Assembly (NCBI GenBank): GCA_963693365.1
Contig: CAVNZM010000018.1
Location: 303,361 to 367,360 of the forward strand
DNA: 64,000 bases
Source: Amoebidium appalachense
Taxonomy: Eukaryota; Protista; Ichthyosporea
Direction: 5' to 3'
Shown: positions 31,887 to 44,880 of the stretch, piece after piece
How positions within the stretch are numbered: position 1 is the stretch's first letter
Layout: each line of letters begins with the position of its first letter
Made by a program: the position numbers and the translations under genes
Notes under the pieces: generated by a model
Seen by the model: only the letters and a program-made list of their open reading frames with translations
Told to the model about the DNA's origin: nothing
Database searches by the model: none

Positions 31887-32618
31887 CTATCCGACCAATG
31901 CTATCTCAGCGGCCACTTCCAGTGCCCCTTCGTCTGCCACGGCGCCAGCCACAGGTGCCGGCAGCTCATCGGCCAGCACCCCAGCGCTATTTGAGAGCTC
32001 AGGCGCCTGCTCGCCCAGAGCCGCGTTGAAGGCGTCGTGGCCATATTTTGCCGCGTCATAGGTGGCACGTGCAGCCTCCTTCACGTTGGGCCCAAATGTA
32101 TCCGTGGCAAAGTTTGACACTTTGTCGGCGGCCGAGGTGAAGGCGCCCCCAATGTCGTTGAAGATATTGCGCCGTGCCTGCACGTGGCTGGGCCATGCAC
32201 GTGCGCTGCGTGTGTGCAGGGAGTCGACTCTTTTCTCCCCTGCTGAGCCCTGCTGGGTTTCATCCTGCGGCACTTGCAAGGCCCCGAGCAAGGTAGAGTC
32301 AGAGGGAGACCAAGAGAGGACATCGTAGGTTGGGTCGATGTCATTGACGCTACGTCTCTCGAGCAAACGGCTTGGATCGCTGCACTGTGACAGAATTGTT
32401 CTGCACATGGAGAGCTGGGACTCCAGTTGTTGGCGCTCGAAGGGACGCAGATTTGGGGCCTCCTGTTGACGACTAAGGAGGGTTGCTGGGTCGCAAGGGC
32501 CAGAAAGAGGGGTCGCACACAGCTCCCAAGCCAAACTGCCTGGCTCGGGGAAGGGAAGACTGGCAGCGGCAGCGCATGCAGCAAGGGCGGCGGAGAGGAG
32601 GAAGTTGAGGTACGCCAT
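31887..32618 (-). CDS. Secreted dibasic-processed peptide precursor, type A (243 aa)
   Basis: Intronless ORF with ACCATGG start, signal peptide MAYLNFLLSAALAACAAAA, CX7C...CX6C module, ERR and ARR sites, ends EIALVG*. TATAAAAG at 32794-32801. Four intact paralogues in the window. Confidence 0.85.
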   Translation of the reverse strand: MAYLNFLLSAALAACAAAASLPFPEPGSLAWELCATPLSGPCDPATLLSRQQEAPNLRPFERQQLESQLSMCRTILSQCSDPSRLLERRSVNDIDPTYDVLSWSPSDSTLLGALQVPQDETQQGSAGEKRVDSLHTRSARAWPSHVQARRNIFNDIGGAFTSAADKVSNFATDTFGPNVKEAARATYDAAKYGHDAFNAALGEQAPELSNSAGVLADELPAPVAGAVADEGALEVAAEIALVG

Positions 32619-34151
32619 GGTGGCTTTTGGCGTGGTGTTGGTTTTGTATTTGTGCAGTAAGGTAGAACTAGATAGATAGTATTGCCTCTTGTGCAAGATT
32701 ATTTAGACCTGTTTGCAGCGGTTTAGCTGCCTTTAAACCCGTTTGTATGTTGACTTGTTGCTGTTTTCTGCTTACTGTTGGGACCTGGTGCCTCTTTTAT
32801 ACATACTCCTTGCTGCGCGCTCTGCACATCCCCGTATGCACGGCAGATGACCAGATGAGCGGATCTACGAAGGCATCTGTCATCCCTGTATTAGCGAATC
32901 ATAGAACTTTCTAAATTTTCCAAAAAACGGCGACTCGGCGAGATCAGCTAAGCCAATTAAAGCATGACTATAGTACCTAAATATGGTGTTAACATTCCAT
33001 GTAATCTGATTGATTTAACGGAACAACAGCCCGCCAATCCCCGAGCCTCTTGGTTGCTGTCAAGATCTGCCCAAGTCTCCTATCAAGATACTGGCAGGCA
33101 AATGCGGGGTTCCCGTCTGCTAGATGGGGCCGGTGGCTCATGCCCCTCGCGCAGGTACAATCCAAAACTGTTATGAGAAAACGAATGTTGAAGAGTGTGT
33201 GTGCTTGTGATCCACGTCATGTGTGTGTCATGTGCGCTCCCCCACAACCCCAACCTCTCCCCCCCCCCCCCACCCCCTCCCCCCTCCCACCCTCCCACCC
33301 TCCTTCCCCTCCCCCCTCCCACCCTCCCACCCTCCTTCCCCTCCCACCCCCCCAACCCCCCCCCCCCCCCCCAACCCACCCCACCCCCCCATTCCTTCAT
33401 CTCAAATGAATATAAGAGAAGGGGAGAGAATACGTCGCGATACAATAAACTTCAGTACATGCATATAACTATGGGCAATAGTCTTTGAAACAGTACTGGC
33501 AGAGTTAAGTGATAAACCGAAAAAAATGAAAGTAACTATAACTCTCCTTGGTGATTTCAATATAATAATGGATATCCAACAAAACCGGACTCGCTAGTTT
33601 TTTTTTTTTTTGTTGGGGGGGGGGGGGGGGGGGAGGGGAGGAGGGGGGAGGGGGCGAGGGGGGGGGGGAGGGGGCGGGTGTTTGGGGGAGGGGGGGGAGG
33701 GTTTGAGGGGGTTGGAGGGGTTGGGAGGGTTGGGGGGGGAGGAGGGAGGGGAGGGGGGGGGGGGGGGGGGGAGGCTAGCGAAGAGCTAAGATCCACAAAT
33801 TTACCTACACCAAAGTTGGAAGAAAGGCAGAAGAGTACTTGAAAGGAATTTCTAGGAATCTTTCCAGACACCCCTTTTTCTCCTCGCAGTTGTATGTTCA
33901 CGGTTCCATGGTGTGTGACTGTAGCCGGTGTGAGCACGTGCCACGTGGCACTATTGAAGCACGTGGTTAGAAAGGCTGCCAAATATGGAATGATTAGGAG
34001 ATCTAGATCTTGACGATGACGACGGCGTGTAGGGATTGACGGGCTGTTGTTCCAAGATCACTACAGCTTTTAGAGCCATATTATGGGAATCAATACATGT
34101 TTTTATTGGCTTATATGACTTTGTCATTCCAAGAGCTATTTGTATTGGTTT

Positions 34152-34250
34152 ATACAGGGATGACAGATGCCTTCGTAGATCCACTGATCTGGTCGAGGGC
34201 GAGGACCATCTTCCATCTGCAGAGCGCGCAGCGGCCAAGGGGTATAAAAG
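34152..34250 (+). promoter_or_regulatory. Conserved promoter module of the precursor family plus TATA box
   Basis: ATACAGGGATGACAGATGCCTTCGTAGATC (34152-34181) and TATAAAAG (34243-34250). The same box occurs upstream of all five genes (32862-32891, about 42508-42538, about 47100-47130, 52079-52103). Confidence 0.7.
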
Positions 34251-34421
34251 AGGTACACGGTCCCACCACTAAGCAATACAACAGCAAAAGGACACATAAA
34301 AACGATTTGGATTGCAGCCAATATACCACAAGCCTGTCTAAATTTTCTCCCTGCTCAGAAACATTCCTAGCAGCAGCCAATACACTTAGCCCCGTAGAAT
34401 TCAAGTACCACCCACTGCACC

Positions 34422-35183
34422 ATGTCGCCCCTCACCTTCCTCCTCTCCGCCGCCCTTGCCGCCTGCGCTGCCGCTGCGAGTCTGCCCTCATCCTACCCAG
34501 GAAGTCAGACTAACTCGCCATGTTCCACCCCGCTACCGAGCGAGTGCAACCCCGCAAATGTTCTCGCAAGTATTCGAGGTGATGCTTCCATGCTGCGTGC
34601 CTCCGAGCTCAGCTACCTCGGCGCCCAGATGGCCAGGTGCCGTGCCATTCAATCCATGTGCAGCAGTGGTGCAGGGGACCCTGGTGATGAAACACCTGAA
34701 GACTCGCTCGAGAGACGCAGCGTCAATGACTTTGACCCATCCTACGATGTCCTCTCTTGGTCTCCCTCTGACTCTACCTTGCTCGGGGCCTTGCAAGTGC
34801 CGCAGGATGAAACCCAGCAGGGCTCAGCAGGGGAGAAAAAAGTCAACTCCCTGCACACACGCAGCGCAAGTGCATGGCCCAGCCACGTGCAGGCACGGCG
34901 CAACATCTTCAACGACATTGGGGGCGCCTTCACCTCAGCCGCCGACAAAGTGTCAAACTTTGCCACGGATACATTTGGGCCCAACGTGGAGGAGGCTGCA
35001 CGTGTCACCTATGACGCGGCAAAACTTGGCCACGACGCCTTCAACGCGGCTCTGGGCGAGCAGGCGCCTGGGCTCTCAACTAGCGCTGGGGTGCTGGCCG
35101 ATGAGCTGCCGGCACCTGTGGCTGGCGCCGTGGCAGAGGACGGGGCACTGGAAGTGGCCGCTGAGATAGCATTGGTCGGATAG
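34422..35183 (+). CDS. Secreted dibasic-processed peptide precursor, type B (253 aa)
   Basis: Intronless ORF MSPLTFLLSAALAACAAAA..., 4-Cys module CSTPLPSEC...CRAIQSMC, ERR|SVND and ARR|NIFNDIG. TATA box upstream. Confidence 0.87.
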   Translation: MSPLTFLLSAALAACAAAASLPSSYPGSQTNSPCSTPLPSECNPANVLASIRGDASMLRASELSYLGAQMARCRAIQSMCSSGAGDPGDETPEDSLERRSVNDFDPSYDVLSWSPSDSTLLGALQVPQDETQQGSAGEKKVNSLHTRSASAWPSHVQARRNIFNDIGGAFTSAADKVSNFATDTFGPNVEEAARVTYDAAKLGHDAFNAALGEQAPGLSTSAGVLADELPAPVAGAVAEDGALEVAAEIALVG

Positions 35184-35476
35184 CGTGTGCTGTGCCTACG
35201 TGTGCGAGTGCGGGTGCATGTCAGTGACTTGTTTTTGTTACTATTATGGGTGTTCTGTACAAATCATCAATATCCAGTTGCTAACGTGTACAACGACACA
35301 CATAGGTCAACATTTGGTAGTAGTAGTAGTATATATATATAGGTAGGTATTAGAAGCAACAATTTGAACGTGGACATGATCTAACTCAATAAATGCTGTG
35401 AAACTTGTGAAACTCGATGGAAAAACAGGTCCTCTCCCCCCCGACACACATATGTCAACATTTAGTAGTGTGTGTA

Positions 35477-35511
<35 letters not shown>

Positions 35512-35652
35512 ATATATAGGTATGTATTAGTCTAAGTAGCAACCATTTGAACGTGGACATGATATGACTCAATAAATGCTGTGAAACTTGTGAAACTCGA
35601 TGGAAAAACAGGTCCCCCCCCCCCCCCCCTCCCCCCCCCCAAAAAAAAAGAA

Positions 35653-35780
<128 letters not shown>

Positions 35781-35907
35781 ACCCAACCACCACCACCTCT
35801 CTCTCTCTGTTTCTCTCTCTCTCCCCCCCCCCCCCCCTCTTCTCTCCCTTCCTCTCTCTCTCTCTTTCTCTCTCTCCCCCCCCCCCCCCCCCCCCCTCTT
35901 CTCTCCC

Positions 35908-35951
<44 letters not shown>

Positions 35952-36117
35952 CCCTCTCTACCCCTCGTTCTCTCTCTCTCATTAGATCTCGCGAAATCCC
36001 CCCCCCCCCCCCCCCCCCCCCCCCCCTTCCCCCCCTATCTCCCCCCCCGTTCTCTTTCTCTAGCCTCTCGCGAACTCTCGCACGTGTGCGCGTGCATGCG
36101 GGCATGTAGGGAGGGAG

Positions 36118-36167
<50 letters not shown>

Positions 36168-36381
36168 GGTGTGTGTGTATGTGTGGGTGGGGGAGGGGGT
36201 GGGGGGGGGGCACACATAGGTCAACATTTGGTAGTAGTAGTAGTATATATATATAGGTAGGTATTAGAAGCAACAATTTGAACGTGGACATGATCTAACT
36301 CAATAAATGCTGTGAAACTTGTCAAACTCGATGGAAAAACAGGTCCTCTCCCCCCCGACACACATATGTCAACATTTAGTA

Positions 36382-36432
<51 letters not shown>

Positions 36433-36600
36433 ATATATGTATATATATATATATATATATACTATATATATATTTATAGGTAGGTATTAGTCTAAGTAGC
36501 AACCATTTGAACGTGGACATGATATGACTCAATAAATGCTGTGAAACTTGTGAAACTCGATGGAAAAACAGGTCCTCCCTCCCCCCCCTCCCCCCCCCCA

Positions 36601-36712
<112 letters not shown>

Positions 36713-36899
36713 AACCACCCACCACCACCTCTCTCTCTCTCTTTCTCTCCCCCCCCCCCCCCCCTCCTCTTCTCTCCCTTCCCCCCTCTCTCTCTCTCTC
36801 TCTCCTCCCCTCTCTACCCCTCGTTCTCTCTCTCTCATTAGATCTGGCGAATTCACCCCCCCCCCCCTTCCCCCCCTATCTCCACCCCGTTCTCCCCCC

Positions 36900-37908
36900 C
36901 CCCCCCCCCACCCCCTTCCCCACCCTCTTCCCCTCCCTTGGCCCCTCCCCGGTGAGGCAGCCGGTCAGTTAACTACTTAAACTGTACAACAACAATTGTT
37001 GCCCAAGATTTTTGCCCAAGAAAATTTAATGCATGCTTTGATATTCAAATGCAATTACCTCACTGTAATCTCGCACCTTCCTTTCTTCCAATATTCTATT
37101 TCAGAAAAAAAATATTAGAGAAGCCTTGGCACAGATGCGTGGTTACAAAGAATAAATAGTTTAGATGGCCTAATTATTTCATAAATAAAGGTAGAATGGG
37201 TTGAGTTACCTCTCCCCCCCCTCCCCCCCCCCCCCCCCCCCCCCTCCTCCCCCTGCATCATCCGACCCCACCACTGGGCCACCACATTTACCATCACCAG
37301 CATCACTATAATTACCCGACAGCCATAGCGACCCTTTCTCCATCCCCAAAACTTCAACCAACCCCTCTCCCTTCCTTCCCCCTACCATTCGGACCCCCAC
37401 CCCCCTCCTCCCCCTCTCTCTGTCCACCATCACTCTTTTTTCCTTTGCAGCCGAATAGTTTTACACCTCTCGTTGTTTCTCTCCGAGGTTGCGTACCTCC
37501 CCCCCCCCCCCCCCCCCCCTCCCCAACACCAGCACCACCAGCAGCACCGTCCCCACCATTAAACATTTAGTATGTGCCCGGAACCAGGGATTATGATTCC
37601 ATGTACAGAGGTGGTTTGCTAACAAGATACCAGGTAAATCAGGGGTATACTGTATATAGTATAGATAGTGCTAGGGTTCCTGCACTGTGGGGTTCGTTAT
37701 TTTACACCCCCCTCCCCCTCCTCTCCCCTGTCCCCCTTCTCCCCCCCCTCCACCCCCCCCCACCCCGGGCCCTCACCCCCCCTCTCCCCCCCCCCCCCCC
37801 CCCCCCCACCCAAAAAAAACAAAACAACAACAACAACAACAACAACCAAAGACATGCACACCCGCCCGCCCGCACAAAAAGGTGCATCGTCTAGATCTGC
37901 GCTCACAA
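36900..37908. repeat. Approx. 1-kb direct duplication (second copy about 48390-49400)
   Basis: Colinear from CCCACCCTCTTCCCCTCCCTTGGCCCCTCCCC to GTCTAGATCTGCGCTCACAA, with scattered substitutions. Confidence 0.85.
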
Positions 37909-37913
37909 TGTGA

Positions 37914-37965
37914 TGGGCAGAGTCGAGACTGGAAACAGGATGGAGATTATGGAGCTGAAACGTGT

Positions 37966-38010
<45 letters not shown>

Positions 38011-38291
38011 CTTGTGGGGGGGGGGGGGGGGGGGGGGGGAGAGGGGAGGAGTGAGTGTATGTGAGGGTGGGTGAGTGTGTGGGTGGGTGGGTGGGTCTGT
38101 GTGTGTGTGTGTGTGTAGGGGGGAGGGTGTGGGTGGGTGGGTGGGTCTGTGTGTGTGTGTGTGTGTAGGGGGGGGAGGGTGTTGGGATACGTCACTACGT
38201 AGGACAGCAAGAGTCTTGAACTATGTATGTGTCTTAAGTTTGTTTGTATTCGTGTCTGCTTTCCTTCTTTGTGCTCTCTCCCTTTTCTCTT

Positions 38292-38330
<39 letters not shown>

Positions 38331-39214
38331 CCCCCCCCCCCCCCCCCCCCCCCGTATCTCTCTCTCTCCCTTGATTCTGTGTGCACAGATATCTGTAGAT
38401 CTGTGCACACCTGGCTCTCTTGCCCGATAGAACTTATTGTAATTTATTTGTGTTTGCTCTCCTCTGTTTATCTGAGAGGTAGCGTGATTGGCTAGCTACA
38501 TTCGTTGTCTTTGTTTTATTTCAAAGAGGTTTAGTTTTAGTTCACAATAAGATGACTCGCCAATAGTCGCGAGCGAGTACATCTATAGATCGTGTTGTGC
38601 ATTCCTGTCTATTAATCTACGTGTTATGATTGGACACAATAGAGATGTATGGAATTCGGTTTATCGTGATGTGTCTTCACTTTCAGAGTGTCGACTATTA
38701 GGAAATAGATGTATTTAAATGAGTTTCTTTATAGAGACGAGTATAAATATATGTGTATTAATAGTGACAAGATGTATAATTACTTAAGTTATTTAAGTAA
38801 GAGTTTCTAAGCTTTAGTTAGGTCGGAAGTTGGAAGTACAAGTGCAACTGCAAGTACAAAACGAACCGAGAGCACAATAAAGGATCAGTTGTTGTTTGAA
38901 ATATTTCAAGTGTCGTGAACAACTCCGATTGCTCTCTCTTTATTGTGTTGGTTGTGTTTTACATGACACCTCTGTGCACTCTGCTCCCTTAGACCCGTAG
39001 AAAACAACAGGGGGAGAGGGGGGGGGAAAAGAGGGGAGGGGTAATGGGGGATGGGATTTGCATGTAGTGAATGTGTAGGCACAGTGAAACTAGGATGTAG
39101 AAAGACGTTGAATGTGTGGGTGGGGGGTTGGATGAAGGGATAATGTACGTGGTAGGTTTTTCGGGGAGGGGGATGGCGGTGCTGGTGGTGGTGGTGGTTG
39201 TTTCAGCAAGGGAG

Positions 39215-39256
<42 letters not shown>

Positions 39257-39496
39257 ATATGTGTGTTTTTTTTTTTTTTTTTTTTTTTGGGGGGGGGGGA
39301 TTTGGTAAATGGCTGACGTGTGTGCATGCAGGCCACCCCTTCTATGTGGGCGTATAGTACCACCCCGAGCTGCTGAGTCGACCCCTAAGGCCCAGCCCCG
39401 TATTCATGGGCTTCATCCTTGCTTGTACGTGCTCATTCCTTCCCCCCCCCCCCCCCCCCCCAAACATATACATATGCACACACCACGCATGCGAGC

Positions 39497-39583
<87 letters not shown>

Positions 39584-39812
39584 CAGCTAGGAATCAAGAA
39601 AAAGTGGGGAAATTGCATCTCCCCTTGTGTTAAGGAATGTGTACACGCGTGAAACTCTGTACTCGGTATTCTAAGCAAAGCATTATGCTTGCATGTGGGT
39701 AGGCGGTGTTGTATGTGCATGTTTTGTGTGTTAAGACTGTGTACGAGTGTGTTGCAGTGCACTGTTCTATGCTTGCATGCACATGCGCGCCCGCACGCGC
39801 GCGCGTGCGCGC

Positions 39813-39847
<35 letters not shown>

Positions 39848-40021
39848 TGTATTTGTGTGTGTGTGTGTGTCTGTATTTGTGTGTGTGTACATGTGTATGT
39901 GTTTGTATATGCAAGTATTTCTCTTTCTCACTTTTAACCCCCTGCAGCTATTGGCAAACTCAAGGCCTATCTGGAGGAGGGCGGCGGCCTTCACCGCTAC
40001 ACGTCTGAGCCCCAGCTCTGA
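37914..40021 (+). pseudogene. CTP synthase 3' pseudogene fragment (end of exon 14, exons 15-16), interrupted by a solo LTR
   Basis: Exon-14 tail at about 37914-37960. Exon-15 copy at about 39332-39424 has GTA CAG TAC changed to GTA TAG TAC (stop). Exon-16 copy at 39948-40021. Introns are retained, so this is a DNA-level duplication. Confidence 0.9.
38180..39009. mobile_element. Solo LTR (830 bp)
   Basis: TGTTG...CAACA termini; absent from the parental CTPS intron 14. Contains TATAAATA (about 38742) and AATAAA (about 38876). Flanks GAGGG/GGGGG are an imperfect TSD in a G-run. Confidence 0.7.
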
Positions 40022-40787
40022 GCTATCCAATGTATATCTCCTGAATTTCACAACTTGCGCTCATCTGATGTATCACCGCTCTCGATTTATCTAGTAGAGA
40101 TGTGTTGTTCGTTTATGGATATGGCTGTGAAATTTGTTGAACTTGAAATTCTTTTGACCCAATCCGATTAGTGATCATTCCGGTTGTGTGATCGCGATTG
40201 TTTTTTTTGGGGGGTGAATCACAACATGGGGCGTCAGGTGCAATCAATCGGCGCGACTCTTAGTAGATGTGTAGTAGCAGCTCACCTGTTTCTTGCAGTT
40301 ACCTTATATGGCTAATCCGATCGAACCGGATTCGATCTTGACCAATAATAAATAGGGTGTGCTTGGGTTTTTCGTAACACGTGCGTGTGGTTTTAGAATA
40401 GTTGCGTCAGGCGTGAATAGGTGTCTGACAGAAAGCTCGTTTTATGGCAGTGTTACTTTGTAGGTGTCGTAATTATTTTGGTTAGTTTCTGTTCTTTCGT
40501 TCCTTTTTGTTTTTGAGTGGCATGTGCGGATTCGTATTTCTCAACGAGGTATTATAAACAAATCTTCAAAATTTCATACAGTAAAACCCACGAGCAGTGC
40601 TGCTCTACCATGTGTGTGCCGTAAAAGCATCCTGTAGCACAACAACATCTACTGCAAAACTAGAAAACTAACGGATCAGGGTCACATTGTGTGACATCCG
40701 TTATGTGGATTTAATGTCCATACCAGTCCCTGGTGTCACACACATGCGAACATTCCGGACCCCCCCCCCCCCACCCCATCCCCCACC

Positions 40788-40844
<57 letters not shown>

Positions 40845-41020
40845 CCCTACTCCCTCCCTACATGCGCGCATGCACGCGCACACGTGTGAAAGTTCGCGAG
40901 AAGCTAGAGAAAGAGAACGAGGGGGAGATATGTGGTGGTGGTGGTGGTGGTGGTGGGGGGGGGGGGGGGGGGGAGATTGACGAGTTCTAATGAGAGAGAG
41001 AGAACGAGGGTTAGAGAGGG

Positions 41021-41069
<49 letters not shown>

Positions 41070-41088
41070 GAGAGAAGAGGAGGGGGGG

Positions 41089-41119
<31 letters not shown>

Positions 41120-41141
41120 GTGGTGGTGGTTGGGTGGTGTT

Positions 41142-41223
<82 letters not shown>

Positions 41224-41342
41224 TTTTGGGGGGGGGGGGGAGGACCTGTTTTTGCATCGAGTTTCACAAGTTTCACAGCATTTATTGAGTCATATCAGGT
41301 CCACGTTCAAATTGTTGCTTCTTAGACTAATACCTACATATG

Positions 41343-41379
<37 letters not shown>

Positions 41380-41515
41380 TACTAAATGTTGACATATGTG
41401 TGTCGTTATACACGGTAGCAACTGGATACTATTTATTTGTACAGAACACCCGTAATAGTAACAAAAACAAGTCACTGACATGCACCCGCAGTCGCACACG
41501 TATGCACAGCACACG

Positions 41516-42277
41516 CTATCCGACCAATGCTATCTCAGCGGCCACTTCCAGTGCCCCGTCCTCTGCCACGGCGCCAGCCACAGGTGCCGGCAGCTCATCG
41601 GCCAGCACCCCAGCGCTATTTGAGAGCTCAGGCGCCTGCTCTCCCAGAGCCGCGTTGAAGGCGTCGTGGCCATATTTTGCCGCGTCATAGGTGGCACGTG
41701 CAGCCTCCTTCACGTTGGGCCCAAATGTATCCGTGGCAAAGTTTGACACTTTGTCGGCGGCTGAGGTGAAGGCGCCCCCAATGTCGTTGAAGATGTTGCG
41801 CCGTGCCTGCACGTGGCTGGGCCATGCACGTGCGCTGCGTGTGTGCAGGGAGTCGACTCTTTTCTCCCCTCCTGAGCTCTGCTGGGTTTCATCCTGCGGC
41901 ACTTGCAAGGCCCCGAGCAAGGTAGAGTCAGAGGGAGACCAAGAGAGGACATCGTAGGTTGGGTCAAAGTCATTGACGCTGCGTCTCTCGAGCGAGTCTT
42001 CAGGTGTTTCGTCACCAGGGCCCCCTGCACCACTGCTGCACATGGATTGAATGGCACGGCACCTGGCCATCTGGGCGCCGAGGTAGCTGAGCTCGGAGGC
42101 ACGCAGCATGGAAGCATCACCTCGAATACTTGCGAGAACATTTGCGGGGTTGCACGCGCTCGGTAGCGGGGTGGAACATGGCGAGTTAGTCTGACTTCCT
42201 GGGTAGGATGAGGGCAGACTCGCAGCGGCAGCGCAGGCGGCAAGGGCGGCGGAGAGGAGGAAGGTGAGGGGCGACAT
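41516..42277 (-). CDS. Secreted dibasic-processed peptide precursor, type B N-terminus with type A C-terminus (253 aa)
   Basis: Intronless ORF. N-terminal module nearly identical to 34422-35183; final 93 aa identical to 46119-46850. Confidence 0.87.
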   Translation of the reverse strand: MSPLTFLLSAALAACAAAASLPSSYPGSQTNSPCSTPLPSACNPANVLASIRGDASMLRASELSYLGAQMARCRAIQSMCSSGAGGPGDETPEDSLERRSVNDFDPTYDVLSWSPSDSTLLGALQVPQDETQQSSGGEKRVDSLHTRSARAWPSHVQARRNIFNDIGGAFTSAADKVSNFATDTFGPNVKEAARATYDAAKYGHDAFNAALGEQAPELSNSAGVLADELPAPVAGAVAEDGALEVAAEIALVG

Positions 42278-42688
42278 GGTGCAGTGGGTGGTACTTGAAT
42301 TCTACAGGGCTAAGTGTATTGGCTGCGGCTAGGAATGTTTCTGAGCAGGGAGAAAATTTAGACAGGCTTGTGGTATATTGGCTGCAATCCAAATCGTTTT
42401 TATGTGTCCTTTTGATGTTGTACTGCTTAGTGGTGGGACCGTATTCCTCTTTTATACCCCTTGGCCGCTGCGCGCTCTGCAGATGGAAGATGGTCCTCGC
42501 CCTCGAGGATCTACGAAAGCATCTGTCATCCCTGTATAAACCAATAAAAAAAGCTCTTGGAATGACAAAGTCATATAAGCCAATTAAAACATGTTTTTAT
42601 TACCTAAATATGGCTCTAAAATCTGTGGCGATCTTGGAACAACAGCCCGCCAATCTGTACATGCCGTCGTCATCGTCAAGATCTAGAT

Positions 42689-43530
42689 CAGGGTTCGAAG
42701 GACGGTGGAGCCCGTTAACGGAAGTCGAAATCCCGTTTCGGAAAACCTCTTCGAAAATCGGAATGCCCCGTCGGAGCAGGCCCACCAAAAATCGTAATCG
42801 TCGCGCATCAGTAAACTAGGGCATGCTTATCTGTGCCTATATTGCATCAAAATGTAATTATTATGCATACTCAAAAACCCCTCTGGTTATTAGAGGCCTT
42901 CCTGGTGTTGGCAGTTGAAGCTTTGAAGGAATAAAACGGAAATATGAAGTGCATTAATGCATGCACAATATATATATATATATAAATAAATAAATAAATA
43001 AATAAATAAAATAAAAAATAAAAACAAAAAAAAACGGGGAACCCCAACTAATTGCTTTCTCTTTGTAGTCTTCATGGTGTCTCGTAGAGAAAGTAAACCC
43101 TGATATATAGTCATCACCCGACATCTATGTAGGTGATCATGATATACCGCTGAGGGGATATTCCGAGCAAAACCCCCCCCCATACCTGAGACTGGTTTCT
43201 CTTTGCCTCGAGTAAACAGCGGTGACCCCATATATATATATATACATTTTGTCTACGTATATACGTACGGTCACGTCCTCTTACACATATGTGCGACAGT
43301 GCCAGTGTAAATGAGGATATATACTATGTTTGGGGTTTACGCTGTTTACTCGAGGCAAAGAGAACCAGTCTCAGGTATGGGGGGGGGGGGTTTTGCTCGG
43401 AATATCCCCTCAGCGGTATATCATGATCACGTACATAGATGTCGGGTGGTGACTATATATCAGGGTTTACTTTCTCTACGAGACACCATAAAGACTACAA
43501 GGAGAAATCAATTAGTTGGGGTTCCCTGTT

Positions 43531-43565
<35 letters not shown>

Positions 43566-43599
43566 GGGGCTCCCCCTCGGGACACTCGGTATCAGCTGG

Positions 43600-43643
<44 letters not shown>

Positions 43644-44184
43644 TATACTATGTGTGCATATGTATCTAGTTCCTGTGTGTCTCACTGTGTCCGTGGCCTT
43701 ATTTTTTCCCTGCAGTGCACGCATTTTCTTTTATTTGATGAACATGATCATGAATCATGTTACTAGTAGAGGTATTAGTTAACGCAATTTGTGCCTTCCC
43801 CGATTCGGATTGGGTCCCTGAACCAGCCAATTTGAGCTGTTCAAATGACCAATCAAACCGCGTTCTGCAACCTACATATACATGTGCAGGCATATGTGGC
43901 CATGCATGGCTATGATGCATATGTGGTGTCACGGCTGTGTGTGTGTGAATGTGTGTGTGTGTGTCTGTGTGTGTGTGCGTGTGTGTGCGCGCGTGGGTGT
44001 GTGCAGAAATGTGTTTGGTGTGACAACATGTACATGTGCTAGGCTGGCGCTGTAGTCAGGGTCTGCCATTGAACATTCTACAGGGACAGGGAGACACGTA
44101 CGTACGTGTGCAGCTTATGTGTGGGTGGTGTATGCCCCGTGTATGATGAGACCTGCGAAGTCATGAGAAGCTTCCCCCCGGGGG

Positions 44185-44219
<35 letters not shown>

Positions 44220-44327
44220 GGGGGGGGGGGGGGGGGGGGCTCTCGGACGTTCCCATTCGGCCAGGACGATTTTCGAAACTGTTTTCAAATATCGGAAATT
44301 CCGATTTTTTCGTAACTTCGAACCCTG
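42689..44327. mobile_element. Non-autonomous hAT-like DNA transposon (1639 bp)
   Basis: TIRs CAGGGTTCGAAG / CTTCGAACCCTG and 8-bp TSD ATCTAGAT (42681-42688, 44328-44335). The paralogous empty site with a single ATCTAGAT is at 34001-34008. No transposase ORF seen. Confidence 0.92.
43037..43526. mobile_element. Nested inverted-repeat (MITE-like) element inside the hAT
   Basis: Approx. 190-bp inverted arms (43037-43222 vs 43336-43526). A fragment of the same arm (TTTACGCTGTTTACT.GAGGCAAAGAGAA.CCAGTCTCAGGTATGG) lies at about 4060-4125. Confidence 0.7.
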
Positions 44328-44502
44328 ATCTAGATCTCCTAATCATTCCATATTTGGCAGCCTTTCTAACCACGTGCTTCAATAGTGCCACGTGGCACGT
44401 GCTCATACCGGCTAAGTTGTATAAGCCGATTAAAACATGTATTGATTACCTAAATATGGCTATAAAATATGTGGTGATCTTGTTGGAACAACAGCCCGCC
44501 AA

Positions 44503-44880
44503 TTGTTGTAAGTGCATGTTCTGTGTGTTAAGCCTGTGTACGAGTGTGATGCAGTGCACTGTTCTATGCTTGCATGTACATGCACGCGCGCGCGTGTGTG
44601 TGTGTGTGTGTGTGTGTGTGTCTGTATTTTTGTGTGTGTATGTGTCTGTATTTGTGTGTGTGTGCATGTGTATGTGTTTGTATATGCCTGTATTTCGCTT
44701 TCTCACTTTTAACCCCCTGCAACCATTTGCAAACTCAAGGCCTATCTGGAGGAGGGCGGCGGCCTTCACCGCTACACGCCTGAGCCCCAGCTCTGAACTA
44801 TCCAACGTATATCTCCTGAATTTCACAACTTGCGCTCATCTGATGCATCACCGCTCTCGATTTATCTCTAGTAGCCTGAG
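44503..44880 (+). pseudogene. Third copy of the CTPS last intron end and exon 16
   Basis: Matches 29752-30115. The acceptor CTGCAG is mutated to CTGCAA near 44721. Confidence 0.85.

Noticed and set aside
32619-32696. 26-aa N-terminal extension of the first precursor in the ORF track
   Set aside because: It relies on a non-ATG start. Paralogues begin at the ACCATG codon and the equivalent extension is out of frame in the 46850 copy.
34456-35169. Overlapping 237-aa alternative-frame ORF (and equivalents at 32081, 41710, 46313)
   Set aside because: Shadow ORFs of GC-rich coding sequence. Starts and stops differ among paralogues while the signal-peptide frame is conserved.
37870-37908. Helitron 3' end at GTCTAG closing the 1-kb duplication
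   Set aside because: Homology continues past CTAG, the next base is not T, and no convincing GC hairpin precedes it.
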